Source: an uncultured Flavobacteriales bacterium
Lineage (GTDB): Bacteria > Bacteroidota > Bacteroidia > Flavobacteriales_G > Salibacteraceae
Reading direction: 5' to 3'
Assembly (NCBI GenBank): GCA_963933405.1
Contig: CAWVSS010000002.1
Coordinates: 13,860 to 77,859, forward strand
Length of the DNA: 64,000 nt
Shown here: piece after piece, positions 41,887 through 52,351 of the stretch
Position numbering within the stretch: the first letter of the stretch is position 1
Layout of the letters: each line of letters starts with the position of its first letter
Made by a program: the position numbers and the translations under genes
Notes under the pieces: model-generated
The model's database searches: none
Told to the model about the DNA's origin: nothing
The model's input: the letters and a program-made list of their open reading frames with translations, nothing else

Positions 41887-43773
41887 ATGAAGATTACCCG
41901 TTTATATTTATCGCTGTTACTGTTGGTTGTAGCATCCTCTTGTGCTAAATCACAAGTCATACCTCTGAGTCATTCTAACCTTAGTAAAAACGCTGAGGGT
42001 AAATTAGTGTTAACAATGCCCATAACAAACCAAGAGGTCGTTCTATCTGAACCTGAATCAAAATATACATTAGCTCAGATGCAGGGAAACCCAGTGGGAA
42101 CCGATACAAGTATTACTTTTAATTTTGGTGAAGGATTTAAGGGGAAAATGTTTTTCGGGTTGATTGATTACGAAAAAGCAATTCATGCCTTACCTGTTTT
42201 TAAAGGTGAGGTTATTTGGATTAAAAACGGACGTGCATCAATTAATATGGACAGGCTGCGCGGTAAATACGACATGACAGGCTGGGAACAAAAAGGAAAC
42301 GGAGTTTTAGGGTACCGAGTGCTTGATCATCAAGGAAACTTCATCTTCGATGGGAAACTATATTTTGCTGGTACAGGGCCTTTCAAAGTAATCGAGTCTA
42401 TTGTATTAGGACCCTTTGCTAACAAGATAACATCAACAAGCGCTGTAATTAGTTTTAAAACATTAACGCCCATTAAAGCTAGCGTTGAGTGTAATGGTAA
42501 GGTCTTTAAATTAGCCAAAGAATCGCTGAGTCATGAATTTCTTATTGAGAGTTTAAAACCAGAAACTAATTACACGGCAACCGTCTTTTTCGGCAAATTA
42601 AACACCCAAATTGATTTTGAAACAAGTCCTGTTATTGGCGCTAGAAAACCTTTTTCGTTTGCTTATGCTTCAGATTCAAGATCTGGAGCAGGTGGCGGAG
42701 AGCGTGCTATTTTTGGGGCAAACGCCTATACTATAAGCAGAATAATGGCCTTAAACGTTCAGCAAAAGGTAAAGTTCATGCAGTTCTCTGGCGATTTGAT
42801 TAATGGATATTTAACCGATGCGCAAGAACAAAGTTTGCAGTATTTTAATTGGTATAAAGCTATTGAGCCTTACTCACAGGTGCCTGTGAATGTATCTATG
42901 GGGAATCATGAAGCTTTAATTTTTAAGTTTAAAACAAAAGAAAATCCTTACGGATATACCATCGATAAATTTCCTTTTGAAACCCACTCTGCAGAAAAAT
43001 TATTCGCTGATTATGTGGTGAATTTTGAAAATGGACCTAAATCTGAAGATGGTTCAAAGTACGATCCATCAGATAAATCAACTGATTTTCCACCGTATAA
43101 AGAAACTGTGTTTAGTTATGAGTACGATAACGTTGGGGTAATTGTATTGAACAGCGACTATTGGTATTCGCCAAGTTTAAAAAGCTTTACAGCTATAAGT
43201 GGCGGTTTACATGGTTACATTATGGACAATCAAATTGAATGGCTTAAAACTGAGCTTATGCGATATGAGAATGATGCAAATATTGATCACGTTTTTGTAA
43301 CGCAGCATACGCCTTGTTTTCCTAATGGTGGCCATACCAGAGACGATATGTGGTACAAAGGCAACAACGATTTTCGTCCGTTTGTTGCTGGTAAGCCAGT
43401 TGAGAAAGGCATTCTTGAACGTCGAGATGAGTATCTTGATTTGGTTGTAAATAAAAGTTCAAAAGTTAAGGCCATACTTACTGGCGACGAGCATAATTAC
43501 GCAAAAACCGAAGTAGGACCAAATACCAACATTTATCCTGAGGATTATAAATTGCCAAAGCTTACTTTATCAAGAACCATTTATCAGATTAACAATGGTA
43601 GCGCAGGTGCACCATATTACGCTCAAGAAGAAACTCCTTGGACCCCTTTTGTGTCAGGTTTTAGTACTCAAAATGTTGTTGTGTTTTTCGATGTAGAGGG
43701 CAAGTTACTATTCATGCGCGTTTTAAATCCAATTACGCTTGAAAAAGTAGATAATTTGAATTTTAACAAATAG
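41887..43773 (+). CDS. calcineurin-like metallophosphoesterase lipoprotein with N-terminal beta-sandwich (purple-acid-phosphatase-like) domains
   Basis: Lipobox VASSC and metallophosphoesterase motifs FSGDLING, MGNHE, VTQHTP and LTGDEHNY. Confidence 0.7.
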   Translation: MKITRLYLSLLLLVVASSCAKSQVIPLSHSNLSKNAEGKLVLTMPITNQEVVLSEPESKYTLAQMQGNPVGTDTSITFNFGEGFKGKMFFGLIDYEKAIHALPVFKGEVIWIKNGRASINMDRLRGKYDMTGWEQKGNGVLGYRVLDHQGNFIFDGKLYFAGTGPFKVIESIVLGPFANKITSTSAVISFKTLTPIKASVECNGKVFKLAKESLSHEFLIESLKPETNYTATVFFGKLNTQIDFETSPVIGARKPFSFAYASDSRSGAGGGERAIFGANAYTISRIMALNVQQKVKFMQFSGDLINGYLTDAQEQSLQYFNWYKAIEPYSQVPVNVSMGNHEALIFKFKTKENPYGYTIDKFPFETHSAEKLFADYVVNFENGPKSEDGSKYDPSDKSTDFPPYKETVFSYEYDNVGVIVLNSDYWYSPSLKSFTAISGGLHGYIMDNQIEWLKTELMRYENDANIDHVFVTQHTPCFPNGGHTRDDMWYKGNNDFRPFVAGKPVEKGILERRDEYLDLVVNKSSKVKAILTGDEHNYAKTEVGPNTNIYPEDYKLPKLTLSRTIYQINNGSAGAPYYAQEETPWTPFVSGFSTQNVVVFFDVEGKLLFMRVLNPITLEKVDNLNFNK

Positions 43774-43775
43774 AA

Positions 43776-44153
43776 ATGAACCTCAATCAAGTAACAGTTC
43801 CGTCTTCCAATATTCCTAAATCAGTTGAGTTTTATAAAACATTAGGGTTGAAAATTATTGTTTCGTCGCAGCATTATGCCCGTTTTGAAGTACCAAACGG
43901 AGGGGCTACATTTTCGGTTCACTTAACTGAGCGTTTTGAAAACGAAAATGGGGTAGTCGTTTATTTTGAATTTGATGATGTTGATGAGGCATTGGAGAGG
44001 CTTCAAAGTAAAGGATTAGTATTCGAGGAAATGCCTGAAGATAAGCGGTGGCTGTGGCGTAAAGCATTAATCTTTGATCCAGATGGAAACAGAATTATTT
44101 TTTATCACGAAGGTGAAAACCGCTTGAATCCACCATGGCGGGTAAAAGAGTGA
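43776..44153 (+). CDS. VOC-family (glyoxalase/bleomycin-resistance fold) protein
   Basis: LNQVTVPSSNIPKSVEFYKTLGL and DPDGNRIIFY; 125 aa. Confidence 0.75.
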   Translation: MNLNQVTVPSSNIPKSVEFYKTLGLKIIVSSQHYARFEVPNGGATFSVHLTERFENENGVVVYFEFDDVDEALERLQSKGLVFEEMPEDKRWLWRKALIFDPDGNRIIFYHEGENRLNPPWRVKE

Positions 44154-44252
44154 CCATTAATTCCATTTTCATTTAAAACAGTGAATTTTAATTCACTGTT
44201 AAAGCTCTTAATTACTAAAGTTTCAATCATTAGATTTGGCAAAATTTTAAGT

Positions 44253-47192
44253 ATGGCTAACAATCTTGTAGCATTTGTACTAGACTCAAATTCACCTTCA
44301 AAAGAATTTTCGCAAGTTATAGGCGGGTTTAGTAAACAAAAATCATCGTTTAAGCTTGCTTTAATTGGTGATAATCCATCTATTGTTGATTCGAAAGGAC
44401 TTCAGCAGATAATTCAAGATAACAGGGCTCTTATTTTTAAAAACTTTTCAGATTTTCAGAATTGGTCCTCAAACACAACAGAATTTGATTCGCTGTATTT
44501 TGCATCAGCTAAGAATATTGCTAACTTAAATGCTGCTTCTGAACTAATTGAAAATTCATCTCTGAATTCTTTCGAAGCCATTAAACTAATACCCGAATTT
44601 ACTTCAAAAACTAAGATTCCATTCATTAATAAACTAGTTAACCTTACAACCCAATTGTTTTCAGGAGTACAAACTTCTGATCACAACAATTTGTTTATAG
44701 GCTTGTCATCCGAAGCTTTTAACTCAATATCAAGTTCAACCTTTTTTAATCGACTTAAACTTGATGAGTTGCTTTTTATGCTTGAAAAAGCAGCTTCGTG
44801 TAAAGGTTTTGAAATCAACGAAAAAGCAATTGGTTTTTCAAAAATTCACAAAACCGAAAATGTTTTAAAATCAATAGTTAATACCAAAACTGTAGGACTT
44901 AAAAGTAGAGTTACTTATATGGTTGGCGAAAGCTTGGCTGAAATTAAACGGAACGGGATTGAGTGGAACAATGGCAACAGCGGAATTTACAGGTTGCTGT
45001 TTTTTGCTCTGTCCTTATTAATGGTTGTGTTACTTCCAATAATAAGCTTAGGCTTTGGTATGACATGGGATGAGCCTGATAACGTGCGCTACGCTGAAGA
45101 TATTTTAAAGTACTTTTTTAGCTTTGGAGAGGATAAAAATGTTTTGGATATCACCAATCCAAAAAATCGAGTTTATAGTCATTTGGTGAATTACGGTTTG
45201 TTTTTCGATTCGTTTTCAGCCCTTGTAAATAAGATTACCCCATTTGGATTGTATGAAACCCGACACATGTTAAATGCTTTATCTGGTTTTGTAGGAATGT
45301 TCTTTGTTGGATTGCTTGCCAGGGTAGCCGGTAATTGGAGAATGGGGTTGATCGGTTTGGTAATTATGCTTTTTTCACCCTACTTTTTTGGTCATTCAAT
45401 GAACAACCCAAAAGATATTCCTTTTGCATCGGGGTTTATTATGTCGTTGTATTTTATTGTGAAATACCTTAAGCAATTACCAAAACCTAAAACGAGCACG
45501 CTGTTGCTGTTAACCCTTTCTATTGGCTTGGTAAACAGCATAAGAATCGGTGGTTTGCTGTTGGTTGCTTTTATGGGTTTATTTACTGGAATAATGTGGC
45601 TGTATCAAGCAAAACATAAAGGCTTAAAAACAGCGGTTGCAAGAATTTTGCCCTATGCTAAGTATGTAATTGGAGTAGCCACCGGAAGTTACCTTTTAGG
45701 TATTTTACCTTGGCCTTATGCTTTGCAAGCGCCTTTCGAAAACCCTTTTTTAGCCTTACAAAGTTTTACCAAATTTAGTAATGTAACTATTTACGAAGTT
45801 TTTGAAGGTAAGAGGATGTTTATGAATGAAGTGCCTTGGTATTATATTCCTAAATTGATGATTATCGGTAATCCTTTGTATTCAATATTTGGAGCTGCCT
45901 TATGTCTAGTGCCGTTGTTTATCAAAAATGGACATCAATTAAAGCTACCAATATTATGGTTTGCTGTATTTTCCTTAGTGTTCCCAATATTTTATGCGGT
46001 TCAAGGCGACTCTACTTTATACAATGGTTGGAGACATTTTCTTTTTGTTTATCCTGCCATGGTTGTTTTGGCTGCTGCCGGATGGGAGTATTTATTACAA
46101 ATATTTAAAGCCAAATTTGTTCAAATTGCGGTGACGCTCGTTTTTACAGGGTTGGTTGTTAATACGGCGGTTTGGATGGTTAAATACCACCCAAACGAAT
46201 ACGTTTATTTTAATGAGTTTGTAGGAGGCTATTCAGGTGCTTATGGCAACTATGAGCTCGACACCTACGGCAATGGAATAAGGCAAGGTTTTAAAACGCT
46301 AGTTGAAGAGTTTCCTGAGGTAACTGAAAAGAAGTCTCTAATTGCTTTTAATATGACTGGTTGGGATTGGCAACATGAAGATACTAAAAACTATTTTGAT
46401 GATTCAGTGCGAGGTACATGGGTAAGAGAATATGAAAGATTGAAAAAGCCTTTTGATTATGCCGTATTTTTTCCAAGAACCTATACTAAATCTGAGTTAG
46501 AAAAAGAATCATACCCCCCAAAAGGTACAGTTTATATAGAAGAAGTGGAAGGGAAGCCTTTGTTTGCAATCGTTAAAAGAGAAAACGATTACATGATGAA
46601 TGGCCATAAGTTCACGGCTAAATCAAATTTTCCTGCGGCAATACCTGAATGGTTAAAGGCTATTGAGTATGACCCATTGAGTGAAGAAGCTTGGAGGAAT
46701 TTAGGAATGTGTTATTTAAATATGGGACAAAACGATCAGGCTAAGAATGCACTTAAAAAAGCAATTGACATTCGACCTGAGAGTCATATTGCCCATGGGT
46801 ATTTAGGTGTTTTGAATTCAAGAATAAATAACCTTGAAGAGGCTAGAAAAGAGTATCTTAAGGCAATTGAGTTAAAGCATAACTATACTTTCCCTTACAT
46901 GCAATTGGCAAACCTTTACATACAAAATGGTTTGTACAGCGATGCATTAAAATACTATAAAAAAGGACAAGAAAAATTAGGGAGAAATGATGCTAATGTG
47001 CTGAATCAAATGGGAATTTGTTATTCTAAATTAGGCAGTTTAGATCAAGCCATTATCTATTACAACTATTCAATTCAAGTAAATCCACAGTTTTCAGATG
47101 CCTACCTTAATCTAGGTTATGCTTATCAACAAAAAGGGGATGAGGTAAAAGCACAAGAGTATTTTGCAAAGGGTCAACAATTTAAAAAATAA
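44253..47192 (+). CDS. GT-C-fold (ArnT/PMT-like) glycosyltransferase with unassigned about 270-aa cytoplasmic N-domain and C-terminal TPR repeats
   Basis: The first periplasmic loop carries the acidic motif GMTWDEPDN. Many TM helices span about aa 270-690, and the C-terminus has 5-6 TPR units (AWRNLGMCYLNMGQNDQAKNALKKAIDIRPE ...). Start trimmed to the ATG at 44253. Confidence 0.7.
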   Translation: MANNLVAFVLDSNSPSKEFSQVIGGFSKQKSSFKLALIGDNPSIVDSKGLQQIIQDNRALIFKNFSDFQNWSSNTTEFDSLYFASAKNIANLNAASELIENSSLNSFEAIKLIPEFTSKTKIPFINKLVNLTTQLFSGVQTSDHNNLFIGLSSEAFNSISSSTFFNRLKLDELLFMLEKAASCKGFEINEKAIGFSKIHKTENVLKSIVNTKTVGLKSRVTYMVGESLAEIKRNGIEWNNGNSGIYRLLFFALSLLMVVLLPIISLGFGMTWDEPDNVRYAEDILKYFFSFGEDKNVLDITNPKNRVYSHLVNYGLFFDSFSALVNKITPFGLYETRHMLNALSGFVGMFFVGLLARVAGNWRMGLIGLVIMLFSPYFFGHSMNNPKDIPFASGFIMSLYFIVKYLKQLPKPKTSTLLLLTLSIGLVNSIRIGGLLLVAFMGLFTGIMWLYQAKHKGLKTAVARILPYAKYVIGVATGSYLLGILPWPYALQAPFENPFLALQSFTKFSNVTIYEVFEGKRMFMNEVPWYYIPKLMIIGNPLYSIFGAALCLVPLFIKNGHQLKLPILWFAVFSLVFPIFYAVQGDSTLYNGWRHFLFVYPAMVVLAAAGWEYLLQIFKAKFVQIAVTLVFTGLVVNTAVWMVKYHPNEYVYFNEFVGGYSGAYGNYELDTYGNGIRQGFKTLVEEFPEVTEKKSLIAFNMTGWDWQHEDTKNYFDDSVRGTWVREYERLKKPFDYAVFFPRTYTKSELEKESYPPKGTVYIEEVEGKPLFAIVKRENDYMMNGHKFTAKSNFPAAIPEWLKAIEYDPLSEEAWRNLGMCYLNMGQNDQAKNALKKAIDIRPESHIAHGYLGVLNSRINNLEEARKEYLKAIELKHNYTFPYMQLANLYIQNGLYSDALKYYKKGQEKLGRNDANVLNQMGICYSKLGSLDQAIIYYNYSIQVNPQFSDAYLNLGYAYQQKGDEVKAQEYFAKGQQFKK

Positions 47193-47194
47193 AA

Positions 47195-48535
47195 ATGAAT
47201 ATTACCATAATTGGTGGCGGTATAACAGGGCTTGCTTCAGCATATATAGCTGCTAAACAAGGAGCAAAAGTTACAGTGCTTGAAGGAGCTGATAAGCCGG
47301 GTGGTTTGCTTAATACGTTTAAAATTGGTGAAACTGATTTGGAGTTTTTTTACCATCATTTCTTCACGCATGATGCTGAAATTAATTGGTTAATAAAAGA
47401 ATTAGGAATAGAGCAGGAGCTGATGTTCGTTAAAACATCAATGGGGGTTTACCGCAACAATAAAATCTACGACTTTAATTCTCCTCTTGATCTTTTTAAA
47501 TTTTCGCCTATTAAGTTTTTTGACAAATTTAAGTTTGGCTTAAGCTCCATGTATTTGGGCAAGATTGCCGATTGGGAAAAGTTTGAAAATGTGTCTGCAC
47601 TTGACTGGTTTTATAAATACGCTGGTAAAACATCTACAGACTCGCTTTGGAAACCAATGTTGGATATTAAGTTTGGACCTTATGCTAAAGATGTTCCTTT
47701 AGCTTGGATGGTTGGTAGAATGAAGCAGAGGCTTAGTTCACGTAAAAGTGGGGACGAACGTTTGGGGTATTTGAGGGGATCGCTTAAAACACTTCTTACG
47801 GCATTGTTAGGTAAGCTTGATGAATTAGGTGTTGAAATAAAAACCAATTGCAAGATTGAATCCATTAACGTCGATAACAATAAAGTAATATCCGTTTCAA
47901 CAAACAATACAACGTTTGATAAAGGTCCGTTTTTGTTTACCATTCCAACCTTGTTTTTAGCTCCATTGGTTAAGAATATTGCACCTGAATTACATAAAGA
48001 ACTTGAAAATATTGAATATTTCGGGGCTGTTTGTACTGTGCTTGAAATGAACAAGCCTTTATCTGAAATCTATTGGTTAAACGTCGCTGATGAAGGATTC
48101 CCATTTGGTGGTGTAATTGAGCACACCAATTTTATAGATAAAGAAAACTATCAAGGTAAAAACGTAGCTTATTTATCAAGGTACTTTGCCCATTCAGAGC
48201 CTATTGCTAAAATGAGTGACGATGAAATTAAAGAAGTAATGCTTGCTCCATTAGCCAAGATTTATCCTGATTTTAAAATGGAGGATGTTATAAAAGTTCA
48301 TGTGTTTAAAACCATGACAGCAGCAACTGTTTGCGATTTAAATTTCTCAACAAAGGTTCCCAATAGTAAAACCTCAATAGAGGGGATGCATATTGCTTCA
48401 ATGCCTCATATTTATCCTGACGAAAGGTCGGTAAACAATAGCATCAGAGTAGCAGCAGAAGTAACCAAACAAATGGGATTTGATTCTGGGTTTGTTCCCA
48501 AAGGACAATCTATGTCAGGGATGTTAGGATTTTAG
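47195..48535 (+). CDS. NAD(P)/FAD-dependent oxidoreductase (amine-oxidase/phytoene-desaturase-like fold)
   Basis: ITIIGGGITGLASAYIAAKQGAKVTVLEGADKPGGL dinucleotide-binding motif. The gene starts 3 nt after the GT-C gene ends. Confidence 0.75.
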   Translation: MNITIIGGGITGLASAYIAAKQGAKVTVLEGADKPGGLLNTFKIGETDLEFFYHHFFTHDAEINWLIKELGIEQELMFVKTSMGVYRNNKIYDFNSPLDLFKFSPIKFFDKFKFGLSSMYLGKIADWEKFENVSALDWFYKYAGKTSTDSLWKPMLDIKFGPYAKDVPLAWMVGRMKQRLSSRKSGDERLGYLRGSLKTLLTALLGKLDELGVEIKTNCKIESINVDNNKVISVSTNNTTFDKGPFLFTIPTLFLAPLVKNIAPELHKELENIEYFGAVCTVLEMNKPLSEIYWLNVADEGFPFGGVIEHTNFIDKENYQGKNVAYLSRYFAHSEPIAKMSDDEIKEVMLAPLAKIYPDFKMEDVIKVHVFKTMTAATVCDLNFSTKVPNSKTSIEGMHIASMPHIYPDERSVNNSIRVAAEVTKQMGFDSGFVPKGQSMSGMLGF

Positions 48536-48748
48536 ATTGATTAATCTAAATAAGAATTAAGGAAATCGAATTTTATATAAAATTGGCAACGAAAAATTTT
48601 AAGATACCTATTTTTTTAACAAAAGATTAAAAACTGAACTTTATGATCTCAAAGGTGTTATTACAACGATAAGGTGTTTATAAAAGTAACCAGTAGAGAA
48701 AAATAGCACATCACAATAACTTATTATTGTAAAATTAAAAACTAAAGA

Positions 48749-49828
48749 ATGCAGCAAAACCACTTAAGATTCGTAGATCCAAACAAATCAACATTTCAAA
48801 AAGTACTTCGACAAAGAGTAAATAACTATTTTAAAGAGAATAATATTAGTAAATATGCTAACAATCAAATGATTCTTAAAACGGTAGTTCTTCTGTCGTT
48901 GTACATTCTTCCGATTGTGTATCTTATATTATTTCCGGTATCTTGGCCAGCCGGCCTTTTTTTATGGGCAATAAGTGGTTTCGCAATGGCAGGGGTAGGT
49001 ATGTCGGTTATGCACGATGCTAATCACGAATCATATTCAAAATCAAAATCAACGAACAATTTGGTTTCTTTTTCATTGAATTTGTTGGGTGGATATCGTC
49101 CTAATTGGAAATTGCAGCACAATGTATTGCACCATACTTATACTAATATTGATGGGTTTGATGATGATATTGAGGATAAATTAATTTTAAGATTTAGCCC
49201 TCATACAACAAGCAAGTGGTATCATAAAATTCAACACACTTATGTGTTTCTGTTTTACGGAATTATGACTTTGTATTGGGTTACAGCAAAAGATTTCATT
49301 CAGTACGCAAAGTATTACAGAAGTAATTTAAACACCAATAAAGGCATTGATAATGTATATGCAATAGCACGAATCACATTGTTAAAGATTCTGTATTTTA
49401 TTGGTTTTGTTGGATTACCAATTATGTATGCGGAAATTCCTTTTTATCAAGTAATGACAGGGTTTATGTTAATGCATTTCATTTCAGGTGTGACCTTAAC
49501 AACCACTTTTCAGTTGGCTCACACAGTTGACGGTACTCAACATCCTCTTCCTAATAAAGAAGGAGTAATTGAAGATAATTGGGCAATTCATCAAATGAAA
49601 ACAACCATGAATTTCTCTAAGAAAAGTGCATTTTTAACTTGGTATGTAGGTGGATTGAATTATCAAGTTGAACATCATTTGTTTCCAAATATTTGCCACA
49701 TACATTATCCTAAAATTGCTCCAATTGTAAGATCAGTAGCAAAAGAGTTTAAAGTTCCTTATTTGGAGCATGAAACTTTTGCCCAAGCCTTATCATCGCA
49801 CATTGGTTTGATGCGAAATATAGCCTAG
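48749..49828 (+). CDS. membrane fatty-acid desaturase, front-end-type histidine boxes
   Basis: His boxes HDANH, HNVLHH and QVEHH (Gln in the third box), plus TM helices before the first box. There is no cytochrome b5 domain. Confidence 0.85.
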   Translation: MQQNHLRFVDPNKSTFQKVLRQRVNNYFKENNISKYANNQMILKTVVLLSLYILPIVYLILFPVSWPAGLFLWAISGFAMAGVGMSVMHDANHESYSKSKSTNNLVSFSLNLLGGYRPNWKLQHNVLHHTYTNIDGFDDDIEDKLILRFSPHTTSKWYHKIQHTYVFLFYGIMTLYWVTAKDFIQYAKYYRSNLNTNKGIDNVYAIARITLLKILYFIGFVGLPIMYAEIPFYQVMTGFMLMHFISGVTLTTTFQLAHTVDGTQHPLPNKEGVIEDNWAIHQMKTTMNFSKKSAFLTWYVGGLNYQVEHHLFPNICHIHYPKIAPIVRSVAKEFKVPYLEHETFAQALSSHIGLMRNIA

Positions 49829-49852
49829 TAAAAGAGTTATTTGATGTTTTAA

Positions 49853-51379
49853 TTGTTGTTCCTGGTGATTACTCAATTAAATAAAAAGCTGGGTTCAGGT
49901 TGGTGGTTGTTTCTTGCCATTCCAATCTTATCTATATCATATCTATTAGCACCTTTAACAGGAGACGTAATCGTATCAATCGGTGCCTCTGTTCAGGCCG
50001 ATTACTTGGAAGGTAACTGGTTTCAGAAAATATATAACTCCTGGAACTTAAGAGGAATAGGTTACAAATTCGTTATTTTCTTCCTTTATAAAATTTCGCA
50101 AGTTTTCCAATATCCATGGCAAGACAATAGCCAATTTCAATTCGTATTCAAATTCATTTATATGCTTTTTATGGGAACAATTTTATTTTGTTCTTATAAA
50201 ATATTGAAACCAGTATACAATGCAGATTCAATATTAAAAAAGTATTCTTTGGCAACCCTTTTAGTAATACTATGCGGAGCCTATAATGTTATTGGAGAAC
50301 CTGAAGAAATAGCATTTGTCCTTTCTTGCTTAATGATTTCGTTTGGCCTGTCTCACAACAAATGGTTAAACTCTCTTACGGGTCTTTTTCTTGTCATTTT
50401 ATTTTCATTAAAAGCGGTAACCATAGTGTTTGCTTCAGCACCTACATTAATTTTTATTTTGTTGTTAGGTAAACAAAAACTTAAAACAATAGCTATTAGT
50501 TATGCTGGCTTTACTCTTTTAGGAGTTGGAGTTTACTTTCAATTTCTAGGAAAAGAGCTTAACGATTTATACGAGGCAACTAAATATCAAACTTCGTTTA
50601 CTTTAACAAAAGCTGTTTATTACAATGCCAAAGGAACACTACAAAATTTAATAGCTTATCAACCAATGGTGTTGTTTTCATTAATTCTATTTCCATTTAT
50701 TAAGTATTCGAAAATAGATAAAAAGGAAGTCGCAGCTGTGGTTTTGGTATTCATTACAATGCTATTGGTGATGACATTACAGGGGCGTTTTTTTAATTAT
50801 CATTTCATTGTTCTGTATCCTATTGCCGTATGGACATGGTATCAAATAGTAATGAAAAACAACCATTATTTTAAAAAATTGAGTTTCAAATGGCTGCTTG
50901 TATTTCCTATTGGGTGCTATTTCTTTTTTAGTTGGGTTTACAACGATAAACTACCAGCAAACGGTCCAACATCAAACAATCAATTGTATATTAAACAAAA
51001 TTTTGAAGTTCGTGATTCCATATATTCAGCTGTTTCTAGTACTATTAGTGATCCAACATCAAATGTTTTGTATTTAACCGATGGAGCTGCAAATTACTTT
51101 ATGCCAAACCCATCCCATCTAAGGCATTTTTATCCATTGCCTTTGCAACGAATTGTAATAAATAATCAATTGCCACAATTGAAAGCTCATCAGAACGATT
51201 TAAACTCAATACTAACCTATCAAGGAGACTTTGTACTTGTAAATCACGCATGGTTTAAACTTAGCTTTTACCCTAATTTTATAGAGAAGCTCGAAACCGA
51301 GTATGAATTGGTGTTAGAGCACAACAGAAGAAAATTTACGGCGAAACCTGTACAGCTCTATAAAAGAAAGAACATTTGA
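49853..51379 (+). CDS. polytopic membrane protein, possible second GT-C-type glycosyltransferase
   Basis: About 10 or more predicted TM helices followed by a soluble C-terminal domain. No diagnostic motif. TTG start, so the 5' end is uncertain. Confidence 0.4.
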   Translation: MLFLVITQLNKKLGSGWWLFLAIPILSISYLLAPLTGDVIVSIGASVQADYLEGNWFQKIYNSWNLRGIGYKFVIFFLYKISQVFQYPWQDNSQFQFVFKFIYMLFMGTILFCSYKILKPVYNADSILKKYSLATLLVILCGAYNVIGEPEEIAFVLSCLMISFGLSHNKWLNSLTGLFLVILFSLKAVTIVFASAPTLIFILLLGKQKLKTIAISYAGFTLLGVGVYFQFLGKELNDLYEATKYQTSFTLTKAVYYNAKGTLQNLIAYQPMVLFSLILFPFIKYSKIDKKEVAAVVLVFITMLLVMTLQGRFFNYHFIVLYPIAVWTWYQIVMKNNHYFKKLSFKWLLVFPIGCYFFFSWVYNDKLPANGPTSNNQLYIKQNFEVRDSIYSAVSSTISDPTSNVLYLTDGAANYFMPNPSHLRHFYPLPLQRIVINNQLPQLKAHQNDLNSILTYQGDFVLVNHAWFKLSFYPNFIEKLETEYELVLEHNRRKFTAKPVQLYKRKNI

Positions 51380-51401
51380 GTAAATAACTTAATATTGCGG
51401 C

Positions 51402-52346
51402 ATGATTTCAGTAGTAATACCATTATATAATGAAGAAGAAAATATACCTCAGTTAAGCAGACGGCTTAATGAAGCTACCAAAAACTGGAAAGATGACGTT
51501 GAGGTTGTTCTTGTAAACGATGGTTCGTCAGATAGGACTGAAGTTATGCTAAACGAAATAGCATTAGCTGACGATAAATACCAAATCATCCACTTTTCAA
51601 GAAACTTTGGACATCAGCCTGCAATTTCTGCTGGTATTAAACATGCGAAAGGTGATGCCATAATTATAATGGATGGTGATTTACAAGACCCACCTGAAAT
51701 TTTAGAAGACTTTATAGCCAAATGGAAAGAAGGTTACGATGTAGTTTATGCAATCCGTACAAAACGAAAAGAAGGATTTTTTAAAAAGGTTGCCTATTCT
51801 ACATTTTATAGAATTTTACATGCCATTTCAGATATTGATATTCCTTTAGATTCTGGTGATTTTTGCTTAATGGACCGCAAGGTTGTTGATGCAATGAATG
51901 ATCAGATGCCGGAGCATTTAAGGTTTGTTCGAGGCTTGAGGGCTTACGCAGGGTTTAAGCAAATAGGATTGAGCTATGAACGCCATGAAAGAGCAGCAGG
52001 TGAGATTAAATTTACCTTTACAAAGCTGGTTCAACTTGCTTTAGATGGACTGTTTGGATTTTCGACATTTCCCCTTAGAATGGCAACCTATTTCGGCTTT
52101 TTGGTTGCAATTCCTTCGTTTTTAGCTGGTATCTTTTTCATAGTACACAGAATATTCGATTTTAAACTCTTAGGTTATTCGCCACAAGATACTCCAGGTA
52201 TCGCAACTTTAGCGGTAGCCATCTTTTTCTTGAGTGGCGTAATGCTAATTATCCTTGGTATTATTGGTGAGTACATTGGTCGTATTTACATTGAAGTTAA
52301 AAAACGTCCGTTTTACATCGTTTCCAACACGGTTTCTAAAAAGTAA
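51402..52346 (+). CDS. GT2 polyprenyl-phosphate glycosyltransferase (GtrB/ArnC/DPM1-like)
   Basis: ISVVIPLYNEEENI, LVNDGSSDRT, IIMDGDLQDPPE and two C-terminal TM helices. Confidence 0.85.
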   Translation: MISVVIPLYNEEENIPQLSRRLNEATKNWKDDVEVVLVNDGSSDRTEVMLNEIALADDKYQIIHFSRNFGHQPAISAGIKHAKGDAIIIMDGDLQDPPEILEDFIAKWKEGYDVVYAIRTKRKEGFFKKVAYSTFYRILHAISDIDIPLDSGDFCLMDRKVVDAMNDQMPEHLRFVRGLRAYAGFKQIGLSYERHERAAGEIKFTFTKLVQLALDGLFGFSTFPLRMATYFGFLVAIPSFLAGIFFIVHRIFDFKLLGYSPQDTPGIATLAVAIFFLSGVMLIILGIIGEYIGRIYIEVKKRPFYIVSNTVSKK

Positions 52347-52351
52347 TTTCC

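Noticed and set aside
42330-48054. Antisense or alternative-frame ORFs 42330-42518, 43287-43475, 45902-46108 and 47680-48054
   Set aside because: They lie inside well-supported genes and have no motifs.
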